From NCBI GenBank assembly GCA_019057635.1, contig DXJL01000113.1, positions 32,001 to 96,000 on the forward strand: a stretch of DNA of 64,000 nucleotides, written 5' to 3'. Both the position numbers and the translations under genes were made by a program. This document shows, one piece after another, positions 19,418 to 29,949 of the stretch. The DNA is from Candidatus Heimdallarchaeota archaeon (GTDB lineage: Archaea; Asgardarchaeota; Heimdallarchaeia; Hodarchaeales; Hodarchaeaceae). Positions within the stretch are counted from its first letter, which is position 1, and each line of letters opens with the position of its first letter. The notes below the pieces were generated by a model. The model made no database searches. It was not told the DNA's origin and saw nothing but the letters and a program-made list of their open reading frames with translations.

Positions 19418-21865
19418 GTGGAAATAATGTTCACAACTTTTTTGGATTTAGAGCTCATTGAACAGCTAACCCTTCTTATCGTAATTGGTGTTGCCATTAT
19501 TGCGTTTATCTACTCATGGTGGCTACGCAAAGATGTTCTCAGCCATGACAAAGGGTCTGAAGAAATGCAACAGGTATGGGAAGCTATCAATGAAGGAGCA
19601 AATGCTTATCTGAAACGACAACTCAAAACAATTCTTCCTATAGTGCTAATTCTTACGATAGCGCTGTTTTTCAGTGTGTACTTAGTTGAACCCACTGAAG
19701 CAGCGAGAGATGAATTTGTTGGACTCGATCCAGTACTAATGGTTGCAATAGGACGTACTATAGCATTCATAATGGGAGCATCGTTCTCAATGATGGTAGG
19801 TCAATTTGGTATGCGTATTGCAGTTCAAGGAAATTTAAGAGTAGCTGCTACAGCATCACAGACTACTGATGAATATGGTAACCCAATAGATGTAGGACAG
19901 AGATATAGTAAAGCTCTTTCTGTTGCTTATCATGCTGGAACTGTCACAGGTATGTTAACCGATGGTTTTGGACTATTGGGTGGTACTCTCATATTTATTA
20001 TCTTTGGACAGGCAGCACCTGATGCGTTACTTGGTTTTGGGTTTGGTGGAACCATTCTAGCTCTATTCATGAGAGTTGGAGGAGGCATTTACACTAAAGC
20101 TGCTGATGTAGGAGCAGATCTCGTTGGCAAGGTCGAAAAAGATATTCCAGAGGATGATCCTCGAAATGCTGGGGTCATTGCTGATCTAGTTGGAGATAAT
20201 GTAGGCGACTGCGCTGGTATGGCTGCAGATATTTTTGAGTCGTACGAAGTAACCATTGTTTCTTCCTTAATATTAGGACTAGTGCTTTATCAAATAGATG
20301 AACGAATCGTTTGGATTATGTTTCCATTAATAGTCCGAGCTGTGGGCGTAATCAGTTCGATTGTAGGTACTTATGCAGTCGCATTATGGAAAACACCTGA
20401 TGCAGAAAAAGCTATGTTCCAATCCTATGAGATTTCTAGCGCTATCACTATTATTACGTCGCTGTTCTTGGCTACATTTTATGCTGGCGATTGGAGACTC
20501 GGTTTTCTAATTGCGGTCGGTGTTTTACTTGCAGTATCTTTCAACCCAATTACAGCACGTTTCACTGCAAAAGCTGGAGGACCAGTCGTAGAGGTATTTG
20601 AATCTACTGAAGGGGGCCCAGCGACCACAATTCTAAGTGGAATAGCATTGGGATACGAAAGCAGTGTTTGGGCTGTTGTTGCAATCTCTGTATCATTCAT
20701 TTTTGCAATCGTAACTTATGCAATTTTCCCCGATAATAATGGATTGCCTTTGATTGGCGGATTGACTAATAACATTTCTGTCGCTCCAGAAGATATACAA
20801 CATGCCATTCTATACGGAATTGCATTAATAGGTATTGGTATGCTTTCTCACACGGGAAATAATGTTGCTATGGATTCTTTTGGACCAATTAGTGACAATG
20901 CTCAAGGTATCGCTGAAATGACTGGTATGGACAAAGAATCAAGACATGTCCTCGAAGAATTAGATGCTGTAGGAAATACAACAAAAGCGATTACCAAAGG
21001 AATTGCGATTGCATCTGCCGTAATTGCATCGGTAAGTCTATTTGCATCATTTGTAACAGATGTCGGAATTGTCGCTGAAAACTTGGGAATTGAGAGTCCA
21101 CTAGCATATGGATTACGTATTGATATACCTGCAGTCTTTGTAGGTCTTCTCCTTGGTGCTGCACTTCCATGGATATTTTCAGCATTCAATATTAGAGCTG
21201 TAAATCGAGCAGCTGGCCAAACTATTCAAGAAGTTCGTCGACAATTTAGAATACCAGGGATTATGGAAGGCACAAAGAAACCTGATTATGGTAACGTTGT
21301 TGAAATAGTAACTGCTGCAGCTCAAAGAGAACTGATTAGCTTGACAATAATAGCAGTCAGTGTACCAATTTTTATGGCAATATTCTTTACAATTGCCCTT
21401 GGTGCTGTTAACATTCCTGGTTTGAATACAGCAGAATTGATCGGGTCTGGTGTTGAAGTACTAGGTGGTTTTCAGGCAGGAATAATTGTTAGTGGACAAT
21501 TACTAGCAGTTTACATGTCTAATGCTGGTGGAGCATGGGATAATGCCAAGAAAGCTATTGAAGATGAAGTAAGAGATCTAGAGAAGAATACAGGGAAAGG
21601 ATCGGAACGTCATAAAGCAAGTGTTGTTGGAGACACTGTTGGTGATCCATTGAAAGATACAGCTGGTCCAGCGTTAAATCCTATGATAAAAGTAATTAAC
21701 CTGATTAGTCTTATTATCGCTCCACTGTTAGTTCAATCTTCTCAGGATTCTACACTAACGCTTATATTAGCAGTTGTTGGTGCATTACTTTTCGTCGCTT
21801 TCATCTGGGCTTATTTGAAAAGCTCCCGAAAATCAGCAATATCTTTTAACATTGAAGATGATTAA
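19418..21865 (+). CDS. hppA: Membrane-bound H+-translocating pyrophosphatase, K+-independent type
   Basis: DVGADLVGKVE, DNVGD and GDTVGDPLKD motifs; GNTTKA (Lys marks the K+-independent type). Confidence 0.96.
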   Translation: MEIMFTTFLDLELIEQLTLLIVIGVAIIAFIYSWWLRKDVLSHDKGSEEMQQVWEAINEGANAYLKRQLKTILPIVLILTIALFFSVYLVEPTEAARDEFVGLDPVLMVAIGRTIAFIMGASFSMMVGQFGMRIAVQGNLRVAATASQTTDEYGNPIDVGQRYSKALSVAYHAGTVTGMLTDGFGLLGGTLIFIIFGQAAPDALLGFGFGGTILALFMRVGGGIYTKAADVGADLVGKVEKDIPEDDPRNAGVIADLVGDNVGDCAGMAADIFESYEVTIVSSLILGLVLYQIDERIVWIMFPLIVRAVGVISSIVGTYAVALWKTPDAEKAMFQSYEISSAITIITSLFLATFYAGDWRLGFLIAVGVLLAVSFNPITARFTAKAGGPVVEVFESTEGGPATTILSGIALGYESSVWAVVAISVSFIFAIVTYAIFPDNNGLPLIGGLTNNISVAPEDIQHAILYGIALIGIGMLSHTGNNVAMDSFGPISDNAQGIAEMTGMDKESRHVLEELDAVGNTTKAITKGIAIASAVIASVSLFASFVTDVGIVAENLGIESPLAYGLRIDIPAVFVGLLLGAALPWIFSAFNIRAVNRAAGQTIQEVRRQFRIPGIMEGTKKPDYGNVVEIVTAAAQRELISLTIIAVSVPIFMAIFFTIALGAVNIPGLNTAELIGSGVEVLGGFQAGIIVSGQLLAVYMSNAGGAWDNAKKAIEDEVRDLEKNTGKGSERHKASVVGDTVGDPLKDTAGPALNPMIKVINLISLIIAPLLVQSSQDSTLTLILAVVGALLFVAFIWAYLKSSRKSAISFNIEDD

Positions 21866-22041
21866 ACTTCAAATTCCCCTGAAGTATTCATCCTCCCCTT
21901 TTTTTCCTTTTTTTCTTACTTTAGTCAATTCTCGAAACGAACACTTACTTGGAAAGACTCAATAGTCTAATAAATAAAGCCTTTAATGATTCTATTTTCG
22001 GTATAGCTGAAGCAAGGTCAGCGGAAAGAGGTACTGGATAA

Positions 22042-22587
22042 ATGTATTATTTGACTCAAATCCGTGAAACTATTCGAATTCCCCCCAATAGATTTGGACA
22101 ACCTCTAGAGGAGGTAATTCTTGATATCTCAAGAACGAAGAATGAAACTACAATTGGAGGAGATGTGGGAATGATTGTCGCGATTTTGTCTGTAAATGAG
22201 ATTTCACCTGGTAGGATTGTACCTGGTGACGGAGCAACTTTTCACGATGTAGAATATCAGGCGATTTCTTTTCGTCCTTTAGACGATGAAGTAACTGAAG
22301 GTGAAGTAGTTGAAACAACCAAATTTGGATTCTTCATGCGAATAGGGTGTACTGATGCTTTAGCACATATCAGTCAAATCGCTGATGAATATTTTCAAAT
22401 GTCATCCCGTTCTTCAGGTGTTTTAGTAGGAAGAGAATCAGGTAGAACTATCAGGCCTGGAGATTTGGTCCGAGGAAAAATCATTACTGCTACTGTAGAT
22501 CATGTAAGTATGAAGATCGCAGTAACCATGAAAGGCGAGGGTTTAGGTTTAAAAACTTGGATTGACGAAAAAAAAGAGGCGGTTTAA
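22042..22587 (+). CDS. rpoE1: RNA polymerase subunit E' (Rpo7)
   Basis: IRIPPNRFG and IVPGDGA motifs; S1 domain. Confidence 0.95.
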   Translation: MYYLTQIRETIRIPPNRFGQPLEEVILDISRTKNETTIGGDVGMIVAILSVNEISPGRIVPGDGATFHDVEYQAISFRPLDDEVTEGEVVETTKFGFFMRIGCTDALAHISQIADEYFQMSSRSSGVLVGRESGRTIRPGDLVRGKIITATVDHVSMKIAVTMKGEGLGLKTWIDEKKEAV

Positions 22588-22782
22588 TTGGTAAAAATCA
22601 AAGCTTGTAAGAAATGTAACAGTATAGTTCAAGGAGAGGAAGTTTGTCCTATTTGTAAAACGCATAATCATTTATCAAAAAGCTTCGTAGGTATGGTCAT
22701 TATCCGATCACCCCAAGGTAGTAAGATCGCGCGAAGATTGAATATAAATCGTCCTGGAAAATATGCAATTAAAGTTCGTTGA
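22588..22782 (+). CDS. spt4: Transcription elongation factor Spt4 (RpoE'')
   Basis: ACKKC..CPIC and PGKYAIKVR; conserved position after rpo7. Confidence 0.95.
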   Translation: MVKIKACKKCNSIVQGEEVCPICKTHNHLSKSFVGMVIIRSPQGSKIARRLNINRPGKYAIKVR

Positions 22783-23375
22783 GGGAACTTATTGTGGGAT
22801 ATAAACTCCCAGTTACACTTCGAAATTCATTTCGAGCCCCCATTGGAGAATTATTCATTGGAGATCATTCTATATCTGCTAAAAATGCAATAGAATATAT
22901 AAAAAAGATCAATAGGGGACTTACTATTGCTATTGGGGATGTCTGTGCAAAATCTCTTCTTAACCAAGGGTTCCATCCCAATATCATTGTTTTTGATGAA
23001 AAAACACAACGTACTAAGAAAATTTCACTTGATCTTAAACAATATTCACTAAAAGATGTATACAATCCAAAAGAATGGATCCTGGAAAGCACAATTCATG
23101 AAATAAAAAATGCAATAGCTTTTTGTACTTCCAACAAATGTCGCATAGCAGTTAGGATTGACGGTGAAGAGGACCTATTAATCATCCCAGCGATAATTTC
23201 CCTACCTCTTGGAAGTGTAGTGATTTATGGACAACCTCCTGTTACCACTGAAGAAGGCATTGTGGTAGCGTTAATAACTTCTTCCCTGAAGAACATAATC
23301 CAAGATATATTGAAAAAATTCGAATTTCATGAGGAATACATAGATGGAAATCACCATTACAGAAGAAAAACATAA
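22779..23375 (+). CDS. GTP-dependent dephospho-CoA kinase (DUF359)
   Basis: IGDV, D.KT.R, DGEEDLL and YGQP motifs; conserved operon position. Confidence 0.9.
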   Translation: MRELIVGYKLPVTLRNSFRAPIGELFIGDHSISAKNAIEYIKKINRGLTIAIGDVCAKSLLNQGFHPNIIVFDEKTQRTKKISLDLKQYSLKDVYNPKEWILESTIHEIKNAIAFCTSNKCRIAVRIDGEEDLLIIPAIISLPLGSVVIYGQPPVTTEEGIVVALITSSLKNIIQDILKKFEFHEEYIDGNHHYRRKT

Positions 23376-23646
23376 TCCCCTCATTGGCCGAAATGAAATT
23401 AAGGCACTAATTACTCATCTTGGTGAGATCACACCAACCAGAGAGGCAGTACGTTCCAAAATTGCAGCACAATTAAACTTTGATCTCGATCGTGTGGTAA
23501 TTCAGAATATAATTGGTCATTTTGGTGAACCAAAATCTCAACTAATTGCTCATTGTTATGATAATTCTGAGGATGTTTATGTATTCGAACCTAAATTCCG
23601 TCTTAAGAGAAATAAAATCATCCTAAATGATCAAAAAGAGGGTTAA
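23344..23646 (+). CDS. rps24e: 30S ribosomal protein S24e
   Basis: NPLIGR.E and TP.R motifs; operon context. Confidence 0.93.
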   Translation: MEITITEEKHNPLIGRNEIKALITHLGEITPTREAVRSKIAAQLNFDLDRVVIQNIIGHFGEPKSQLIAHCYDNSEDVYVFEPKFRLKRNKIILNDQKEG

Positions 23647-23650
23647 CTAA

Positions 23651-23812
23651 ATGCCAGTTCGTAGAAATCCAGTCCAATCATATTATAAAGTTGATTATAA
23701 GAAAGGTACAATTAAGAGAACCAACAAGTTTTGCCCAAGATGCAAGGGATCTTTTTTGGCTAAACATAAGAATAGAGCAGCATGTGGACTGTGTGGTTAT
23801 ACGGAATTTTAA
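23651..23812 (+). CDS. rps27ae: 30S ribosomal protein S27ae (eS31), not in ORF track
   Basis: [53 protein letters not shown]; GAGG SD; no ubiquitin fusion. Confidence 0.95.
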   Translation: MPVRRNPVQSYYKVDYKKGTIKRTNKFCPRCKGSFLAKHKNRAACGLCGYTEF

Positions 23813-23833
23813 TCTTTAGATCATGAAGCTAGT

Positions 23834-24826
23834 ATGGCATCTACTGAACCTATCATTTTAGGGCTTGAAGGGACAGCTCATACAGCTGGGGTAGCTGTGA
23901 TTCAAGGACCTCAAATCCATGCAAATGAATCCGCAACATATTTTCCACCTCAAGGTGGAATTCATCCACGAGAAGCTGCTACCTACCTTACTAAGCAATT
24001 TCCCATCCTTCTTAAAAAAATATTTCAAAAATTACAATTCAAACCTGATAAAATTGATGGAATTGCATTTTCTCAGGGTCCTGGCTTAGGTCCATGTCTT
24101 AGAACTACAGCTACTGTTGCTAGAGCAATTTCCTTAAAACTCAATAAACCACTTTTAGGAGTAAATCATTGTATTGCTCATGTGGAATTAGGAAGAACCA
24201 TTACTCCAGCAAACGATCCGCTTGTTCTCTATGTAAGTGGAGGAAACACACAACTAATTACTTTCTTAAATGGGAGATATCGTGTCTTAGGAGAAACTCT
24301 AGACATTGCTATTGGAAATGCATTAGATTCATTGGGAAGAGAAATGAATTTACCCCATCCTGGGGGTCCCCACATTGAGAAACGAGCTCAACAAGGGAAG
24401 AATCTTCTATTACTCCCTTATACGATAAAGGGAATGTCTTTCTCCTTCTCAGGTATGGTAACTGCAGCAAAGAAATTGATTGCCAATCACTCAACTTCTG
24501 ACATCTGTTACTCCTTTCAGGAGTATACATTTGCTATACTGGCCGAAGCAACGGAAAGAGCCCTTTCTTGTACAAAGAAAGGTTCAGTATTATTGACAGG
24601 AGGAGTTGCTGCTAATGTCCATTTGCAAAACATCATAAAACTAGTTGCGAAAGAGCAAGAATCCTTATTTTATGTCGTTCCAAGAAATTTAGCAGGAGAC
24701 AATGGGGTTATGATTGCATTCGCAGGTACTCATCTATTAAAGACAGGAGAAATTATCCCTATTCAGAAAAGTCAAGTTAAGCCTCGTTGGAGAACTGATC
24801 AAGTTCAAGTAGGATGGATCTCATGA
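23834..24826 (+). CDS. kae1: KEOPS t6A transferase Kae1
   Basis: LGLEGTAH, GPGLGPCL, HCIAH, SGGNT and DNGVMIA motifs. Confidence 0.97.
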   Translation: MASTEPIILGLEGTAHTAGVAVIQGPQIHANESATYFPPQGGIHPREAATYLTKQFPILLKKIFQKLQFKPDKIDGIAFSQGPGLGPCLRTTATVARAISLKLNKPLLGVNHCIAHVELGRTITPANDPLVLYVSGGNTQLITFLNGRYRVLGETLDIAIGNALDSLGREMNLPHPGGPHIEKRAQQGKNLLLLPYTIKGMSFSFSGMVTAAKKLIANHSTSDICYSFQEYTFAILAEATERALSCTKKGSVLLTGGVAANVHLQNIIKLVAKEQESLFYVVPRNLAGDNGVMIAFAGTHLLKTGEIIPIQKSQVKPRWRTDQVQVGWIS

Positions 24827-25476
24827 AATTAATACAAGCAGAAAAGATTGCAAAAGGTGCAGAAGCAGTTATATTTAAGGGAACATTTCTTCAAAGTCCT
24901 ATTGCAATCAAACATCGCTTACCAAAATCTTATCGCCATCCAGATATTGATAATCGTATAAGACTTCACAGGTTAAGATCAGAAGCGAAAGTTATGACTA
25001 ACGCGCGAAAAATTGGAGTTAGTGTACCTAGTTTATTCGGGGTCGATATTGAGGATCATATTCTAATTATTGAATCGCTAGAAGGTAAATTGCTATTCGA
25101 GGAGATGAATTCATTACCGATAGACAAACTAGACCCAATTTTCGTCAATCTTGGGCATCAAATTGGCCTTTTACATAGTAACGATATAATTCATGGTGAC
25201 TTGACTGTATTTAATGTTCTTATTCAATTAGAAGATAAACTATCAATAATAGACTTTGGGTTAGGCAAAATTTCTAATGAATTAGAAGCAAAAGCGGATG
25301 ATCTGCTTACTTTTTATTCAACTTTAAAAGCAATTCAACCAGCGTCAAATATTCTCTTCAATACATTTTTAGAAGGGTATCTAAGTGTGTATCCCGAGGG
25401 GAAGAACACTTATGAACAAATGAAAAAAATTCAAAGTCGTGCACGATATATCGCAAGGGAAGATCGCCTTGAATAA
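24814..25476 (+). CDS. bud32: KEOPS kinase Bud32
   Basis: GAEA, YRHP..D, HGDLT..N and IDFGL motifs. Confidence 0.95.
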   Translation: MDLMKLIQAEKIAKGAEAVIFKGTFLQSPIAIKHRLPKSYRHPDIDNRIRLHRLRSEAKVMTNARKIGVSVPSLFGVDIEDHILIIESLEGKLLFEEMNSLPIDKLDPIFVNLGHQIGLLHSNDIIHGDLTVFNVLIQLEDKLSIIDFGLGKISNELEAKADDLLTFYSTLKAIQPASNILFNTFLEGYLSVYPEGKNTYEQMKKIQSRARYIAREDRLE

Positions 25477-25500
25477 TCATATAAATTAGGTGGAAAACGG

Positions 25501-26256
25501 ATGAAATTCAAGATTTTTCATGAAGATCAAAAAATATTAAATCAATGTAAGAGATTTATAGCGGGATGGCATGGATTAGGGGAAATTGGATATATTACTG
25601 TTTCTCATATAATTGAAAATCTCAAGTTAAAACGAATAGCCACTATCATGTCAAGTGGAGCTCCTCCATTTATTTCTGTTCAAAACAATCAATTGAGACT
25701 TCCTTTCGAAATATATGGAAAAGAAGAATACGATTTTGCGATTTTCATTCCTCATCTACAGCCCTATCGTCATGTACAAATTGAATTTTCTGAAAAAATG
25801 TCTGAATGGATCCTAAAACAAAAAAATTTGTCTGAAGCATATTTCATAGGAGGGGTTGATGCTCGTTTAAAATCATCAGAGAACGAAATTCAATATATTC
25901 CGACAAGAGCTTTTTTAAATTCATCAAAGCTCAATTCAAATTTCATTGAAGAAATACAGACGAATTTACTTGATCCAGGGCTATTTGTTGCAGGACCTCT
26001 AGCTATTATGCTCGGATATCTTGACATGAGTATGTTTCCCGCTGTAGGACTTTTGGCCTATGCACAGAGAGAGCGCCCCGATCCATTAGGTGCTGTTGCT
26101 ACCATTAAGAAACTTAATTATATTTTAAACATTGATATTGATACAAATGAATTAGTGCAAAATGCTCAAACAATAGAAGAGGAAATTAAACGACAATTAG
26201 CCCCTATCGAAGCAAATGATCCTGACAAACTTGCTACAAAACGGATGTATACCTAG
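25501..26256 (+). CDS. PAC2/PbaB-family proteasome assembly chaperone
   Basis: G..G.G.IG.I and PDP..A motifs; C-terminal HbYX (MYT). Confidence 0.88.
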   Translation: MKFKIFHEDQKILNQCKRFIAGWHGLGEIGYITVSHIIENLKLKRIATIMSSGAPPFISVQNNQLRLPFEIYGKEEYDFAIFIPHLQPYRHVQIEFSEKMSEWILKQKNLSEAYFIGGVDARLKSSENEIQYIPTRAFLNSSKLNSNFIEEIQTNLLDPGLFVAGPLAIMLGYLDMSMFPAVGLLAYAQRERPDPLGAVATIKKLNYILNIDIDTNELVQNAQTIEEEIKRQLAPIEANDPDKLATKRMYT

Positions 26257-26275
26257 AATGTCTCAATTTGAGCAA

Positions 26276-27067
26276 TTAACGCCCGTGACGTCGTTTTCGA
26301 GATTGATAGGTACGAATAGCTCGCCATAAGTCGATTTTTCTAAACCCTGGAAAATATACATCTGCAAAATAAAGCTCACTATATACAGATTGCCAAGTTA
26401 GAAAACCTGACAAACGTTCTTCGCCTGATGTTCGAATAATAAGGTCAGGGTCAGGTATCCCATTGGTGTATAGATGTCGTTCAACTACTAATTCATTAAT
26501 ATCTTCTATGGCCATTTCATTGTTAGCTATTTTTTTTGCTATGGATTTCATTGCATCGATCATCTCTGCTCGACCCCCATAACCAATAGCAATGATAAGT
26601 GTTGGACCAGGTTTATCGGTTTGAGAACTTTTTTCTGCCCTATCTATTGCTTGTTGAACATTCGTCGGTAATGAATGAGTTCGTCCAATAACTTTAATTC
26701 TCACATTCCTTTTCTTGAACTCAGGATGATCAATAAGTTCCTTAAAGGTGGATTCAAATATATCCATTAACTCATTAATTTCACCCTCTGACCTCTCGAA
26801 ATTTTCTGTCGAAAAGGCATAGAGAGTTACATATTCAATTTCCAGATCCCAAAACCACTCTAAAATATTTTTGAGCTTGTCACGTCCAAGGCGGTGACCA
26901 AAAGTACTCGGGAGCCGTTTCGCACGCGCATAACGCCGATTCCCATCCATGATTAAAGCAACATGTGTAGGGTGAATGCCTTCTTCAATGCCGCCTTTAA
27001 TTTGATTCCACAATCTACGTTCATAGAGCTTATATAAAAGTGAATCAATTCGTAAATTAAATTTCAA
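26276..27067 (-). CDS. uppS: cis-prenyltransferase (UppS family)
   Basis: IMDGNRR, FSTENF.R and RTSGE.RLS motifs; C-terminal RxG. Confidence 0.96.
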   Translation of the reverse strand: MKFNLRIDSLLYKLYERRLWNQIKGGIEEGIHPTHVALIMDGNRRYARAKRLPSTFGHRLGRDKLKNILEWFWDLEIEYVTLYAFSTENFERSEGEINELMDIFESTFKELIDHPEFKKRNVRIKVIGRTHSLPTNVQQAIDRAEKSSQTDKPGPTLIIAIGYGGRAEMIDAMKSIAKKIANNEMAIEDINELVVERHLYTNGIPDPDLIIRTSGEERLSGFLTWQSVYSELYFADVYFPGFRKIDLWRAIRTYQSRKRRHGR

Positions 27068-27230
27068 AATTAAAATCCAGCTATTTAATGTATGAGGATT
27101 TCATTTCTTAAAACATTCATTCAATAATATATATTTCTTGGATCCAAAGTTCCGCAAGTTTATCAAAGGATCCAGTTTTTTTCATTTTTAATATTTGAAA
27201 AATTAAGTAATCAAAAGAGAACATCATAAA

Positions 27231-27318
27231 TGGTGCGGGGGGTGAGATTTGAACTCACGAACGCCTACACGACTAGGACCTCAACCTAGCTCCTTTGACC
27301 TGGCTGGGAAACCCCCGC
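27231..27318 (-). tRNA. tRNA-Leu(GAG), CCA encoded, no intron
   Basis: GCGGGGG acceptor, CTAGG-TT-GAG-GT-CCTAG anticodon arm, long variable arm, TTCAAAT T-loop. Confidence 0.95.
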
Positions 27319-27330
27319 GTGTTTGCTCTA

Positions 27331-27696
27331 TTACCGTACAATGATCATATACTCTTTAAAGGGGGATTTGAATTCTGGCAGAACTTTTCCTGAAAATAAA
27401 CGAAATGTTAGCCCACCAGAGGAAAAGGAATAAATCTTTTCTTTTCCAACTGGCTTTGTCCTATAGCTAGTGGCATTTAAAGCTACTTTAGCATCTTTAA
27501 ATGATAGTTTCTTTTTCTTAGCCGCGGAAATAACTTCGATCTGGAGATTCTTTACATCGTGCAAATCGGCTATTTTTGAAGGAATTTCAATTTTTCCTCT
27601 GAGACCCAACTTCTCATCTCTAAAATCTATTAGCCACAGATTATTATCTAAATCTTCCTCTAGCTGAAATACTTCCGCATTTATTATCATGTTCAT
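27331..27696 (-). CDS. rpo8: RNA polymerase subunit G (Rpo8/Rpb8-like)
   Basis: YSFSSGGLTFRL matches the Rpb8 SxGGL motif; directly downstream of Lsm as in TACK archaea. Confidence 0.75.
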   Translation of the reverse strand: MNMIINAEVFQLEEDLDNNLWLIDFRDEKLGLRGKIEIPSKIADLHDVKNLQIEVISAAKKKKLSFKDAKVALNATSYRTKPVGKEKIYSFSSGGLTFRLFSGKVLPEFKSPFKEYMIIVR

Positions 27697-27698
27697 TC

Positions 27699-28142
27699 CT
27701 ACTCTTCTGAAGCTTGATCGCTTGCATATCGGTTAAAAATTGCCCGAACTCGATCTGCAACTGGTCCTGTTCCTTCAACACCCGTTTCAGAAACTTTCAC
27801 TCTTTCAAGAACTACTATTAATCCGGCTTCATCATAGACTTTCACGTCCCCAGGACGACGAAAGATTTGTTCCAGTTCATCTTTCAACCCCGAAAGATCA
27901 AATGGGGCTTCTTCTAAATAAATCTCTGCTATTTGGTCACCATTTAAGCAAATACGATGAATTTCGTTACTATCATCATCACGCTTGGCTTTTATTAGTA
28001 CACAGGTTAGAGTCTCTGGTGATAATCCCTTAAGTTCTCCAACGAATTTTTTCCCATTCTTGAGAATTACTGCTACTCTTTTATTGTTAAATGCAGTGAT
28101 TTCTTTTTGAAAAGTTCTTTTGGCTTGACCGACCATGGACAT
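27699..28142 (-). CDS. Lsm/SmAP3-type RNA-binding protein
   Basis: Sm fold (V.V.L.NGK...G.L.G) with SmAP3 C-terminal domain (GVEGTGP.A.R). Confidence 0.9.
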   Translation of the reverse strand: MSMVGQAKRTFQKEITAFNNKRVAVILKNGKKFVGELKGLSPETLTCVLIKAKRDDDSNEIHRICLNGDQIAEIYLEEAPFDLSGLKDELEQIFRRPGDVKVYDEAGLIVVLERVKVSETGVEGTGPVADRVRAIFNRYASDQASEE

Positions 28143-28396
28143 GTAAAAGCCTCCTTACAAAACAAGCAGACATCGTTATTAGTAAATCCTTTAGATATTC
28201 ATCCAAAATTTGCTTCGTAACGGTAATCTGGCTGGTTAAATGTGCAATTATCTTGTATATATATTTTTTCTGAAGTCCTGTTGAGAATATATGGAATATA
28301 AGAATTCATTTTAAGGAAAACCAACATTTTTAATTGATAAACGCCTTTCTGAGTCTAAAAAGTAAGTATCAAGATCTTTGCCAACGAACAAGCTAC

Positions 28397-28705
28397 TTAC
28401 ATCTGTTCAACAGTTCTAGCCTCTATAAGAAGGGACCAATCAAGATTTAGTTTGATAAGTTTTTCTAATTTCAGATCTAGTTCATCTTTTTGTCCAAAAG
28501 CTAAGGCTATATCTCCCGTCTTTATATCTACAAAAGTATCCTCACTGAAAGTAAACTTATATTCAGAATTATCGTCAGATAGGATTACATAAGCATCTAC
28601 TTTCTCTTTTACCTTGCAAAAGAATTGAAATTTTGTTGTAGCAGCAATATTGGCAAGAGACAAAATAGTTATCTCCTCATAGGGTCTAATTGAAGTTCTT
28701 TTCAT
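28397..28705 (-). CDS. Small OB-fold protein, RPA14 (RPA3)-like
   Basis: KR......I..L, ILSDD and 'G......FG' pattern with a C-terminal helix; 102 aa. Confidence 0.55.
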   Translation of the reverse strand: MKRTSIRPYEEITILSLANIAATTKFQFFCKVKEKVDAYVILSDDNSEYKFTFSEDTFVDIKTGDIALAFGQKDELDLKLEKLIKLNLDWSLLIEARTVEQM

Positions 28706-28881
28706 CGTAATCCTCTCTTGTTAGCTAATTCCAGTTTTATGATTGAAATAATTAATATTCCTCATTCCTAACAAATCAATCTTTTTGGGGTCATCCTTTC
28801 TTAATAGAAAAAACTCAGCTTCTTTAAAACTTTAGGAGATTTCTGCTTACACTGAGCCCAAAATGACTGGAGTTAATTTTA

Positions 28882-29226
28882 ATGGAATTTTGTGAATGTG
28901 GAGCCCTTCTTGTCCCTGATAAGGAGACGGATGGAACCATTGTAATGAAATGCAATTCATGTGGGAAAACGATACCTGCTGACTCTAAGTCTAATTCAAA
29001 AGCTTTCGAGATTAAACAAACCATAAGACACTCAGATTTAGAAAAAACAGTCATTATTGATGATGAAAATGAAGTGCAAACTATGCCCACAGCAACTGCA
29101 AGCTGTGAAAAATGTGGACATCATGAAGCTGTATACTGGCAGCTTCAAACTCGGAGTGCGGATGAAGCTTCCACTACATTTTATCGGTGTACGAAATGCA
29201 AATTTACATGGCGTGATTATGGCTAA
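28882..29226 (+). CDS. tfs: Transcription factor S (TFS/RpoM)
   Basis: Two zinc ribbons; QTRSADE motif. Confidence 0.96.
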   Translation: MEFCECGALLVPDKETDGTIVMKCNSCGKTIPADSKSNSKAFEIKQTIRHSDLEKTVIIDDENEVQTMPTATASCEKCGHHEAVYWQLQTRSADEASTTFYRCTKCKFTWRDYG

Positions 29227-29241
29227 AAATAATAAATGAGG

Positions 29242-29922
29242 TCATGCTTTTTTTATGATCATAATTGCATGCTTCTTCTCAAAAGCGTCAATAGTTGAAT
29301 TTTCGAGTACTTGTAATCCAAAATCGTCTTCTAATACTTTCATCTGATTGGAAAACACCTCTTCTGGTTCAAGAGAAACATCAATACTTTGAGATTTTAT
29401 GGCTATGACACCTACTCCCCCTGGCTTCAGGTACTCTTGTGCATTTCTACCAAAAATTGTTGCTTGCTCAGGCTGGGAAACATCTTGATATATAAGATCG
29501 AGATTGAAAACATAGGAGGAATACTCTTCTGGCCTTCTAGCATCAGCAAGAATTGGAATCAGATTTGGACGTTGTTCTGCAAGGCGATAAAACTTTCTCA
29601 TGACTTTTGGAGAGAATTCGACTCCATATATGAACCCATCATCTAAAATATCAGAGAAATGAGAAGGAGTTGTGCCTGTAGAGACCCCCAAGTAAAGGAT
29701 ATTTTTTCCTTTCAGTTGTGGAAGAAGTTTCATTCCCGATAAGTAAGCTGCAGCAAATTTTGATCGAAACGGATCCCAAAGTCTATACTCCTCGTTGTCA
29801 ACCTTGATTAATCTCTCGCCGTACACAGAAGTCCCAGGAACTTTGTTTTTAGTGGCGAGACGATTTTTTTGATCAATTTTTAACTGATACATTCCCTGAA
29901 TCATTGTTTCTTTTACTTGCAT
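29242..29922 (-). CDS. flpA: Fibrillarin
   Basis: VYGE, WDPFRSK, LYLG..GTT.SH and DARRP motifs. Confidence 0.97.
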   Translation of the reverse strand: MQVKETMIQGMYQLKIDQKNRLATKNKVPGTSVYGERLIKVDNEEYRLWDPFRSKFAAAYLSGMKLLPQLKGKNILYLGVSTGTTPSHFSDILDDGFIYGVEFSPKVMRKFYRLAEQRPNLIPILADARRPEEYSSYVFNLDLIYQDVSQPEQATIFGRNAQEYLKPGGVGVIAIKSQSIDVSLEPEEVFSNQMKVLEDDFGLQVLENSTIDAFEKKHAIMIIKKA

Positions 29923-29949
29923 TTTTTCACCTTGAGATTACTATAATTA

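Noticed and set aside
23651-23812. Ubiquitin-eS31 fusion
   Set aside because: The ORF begins 4 bp after the rps24e stop, leaving no room for ubiquitin.
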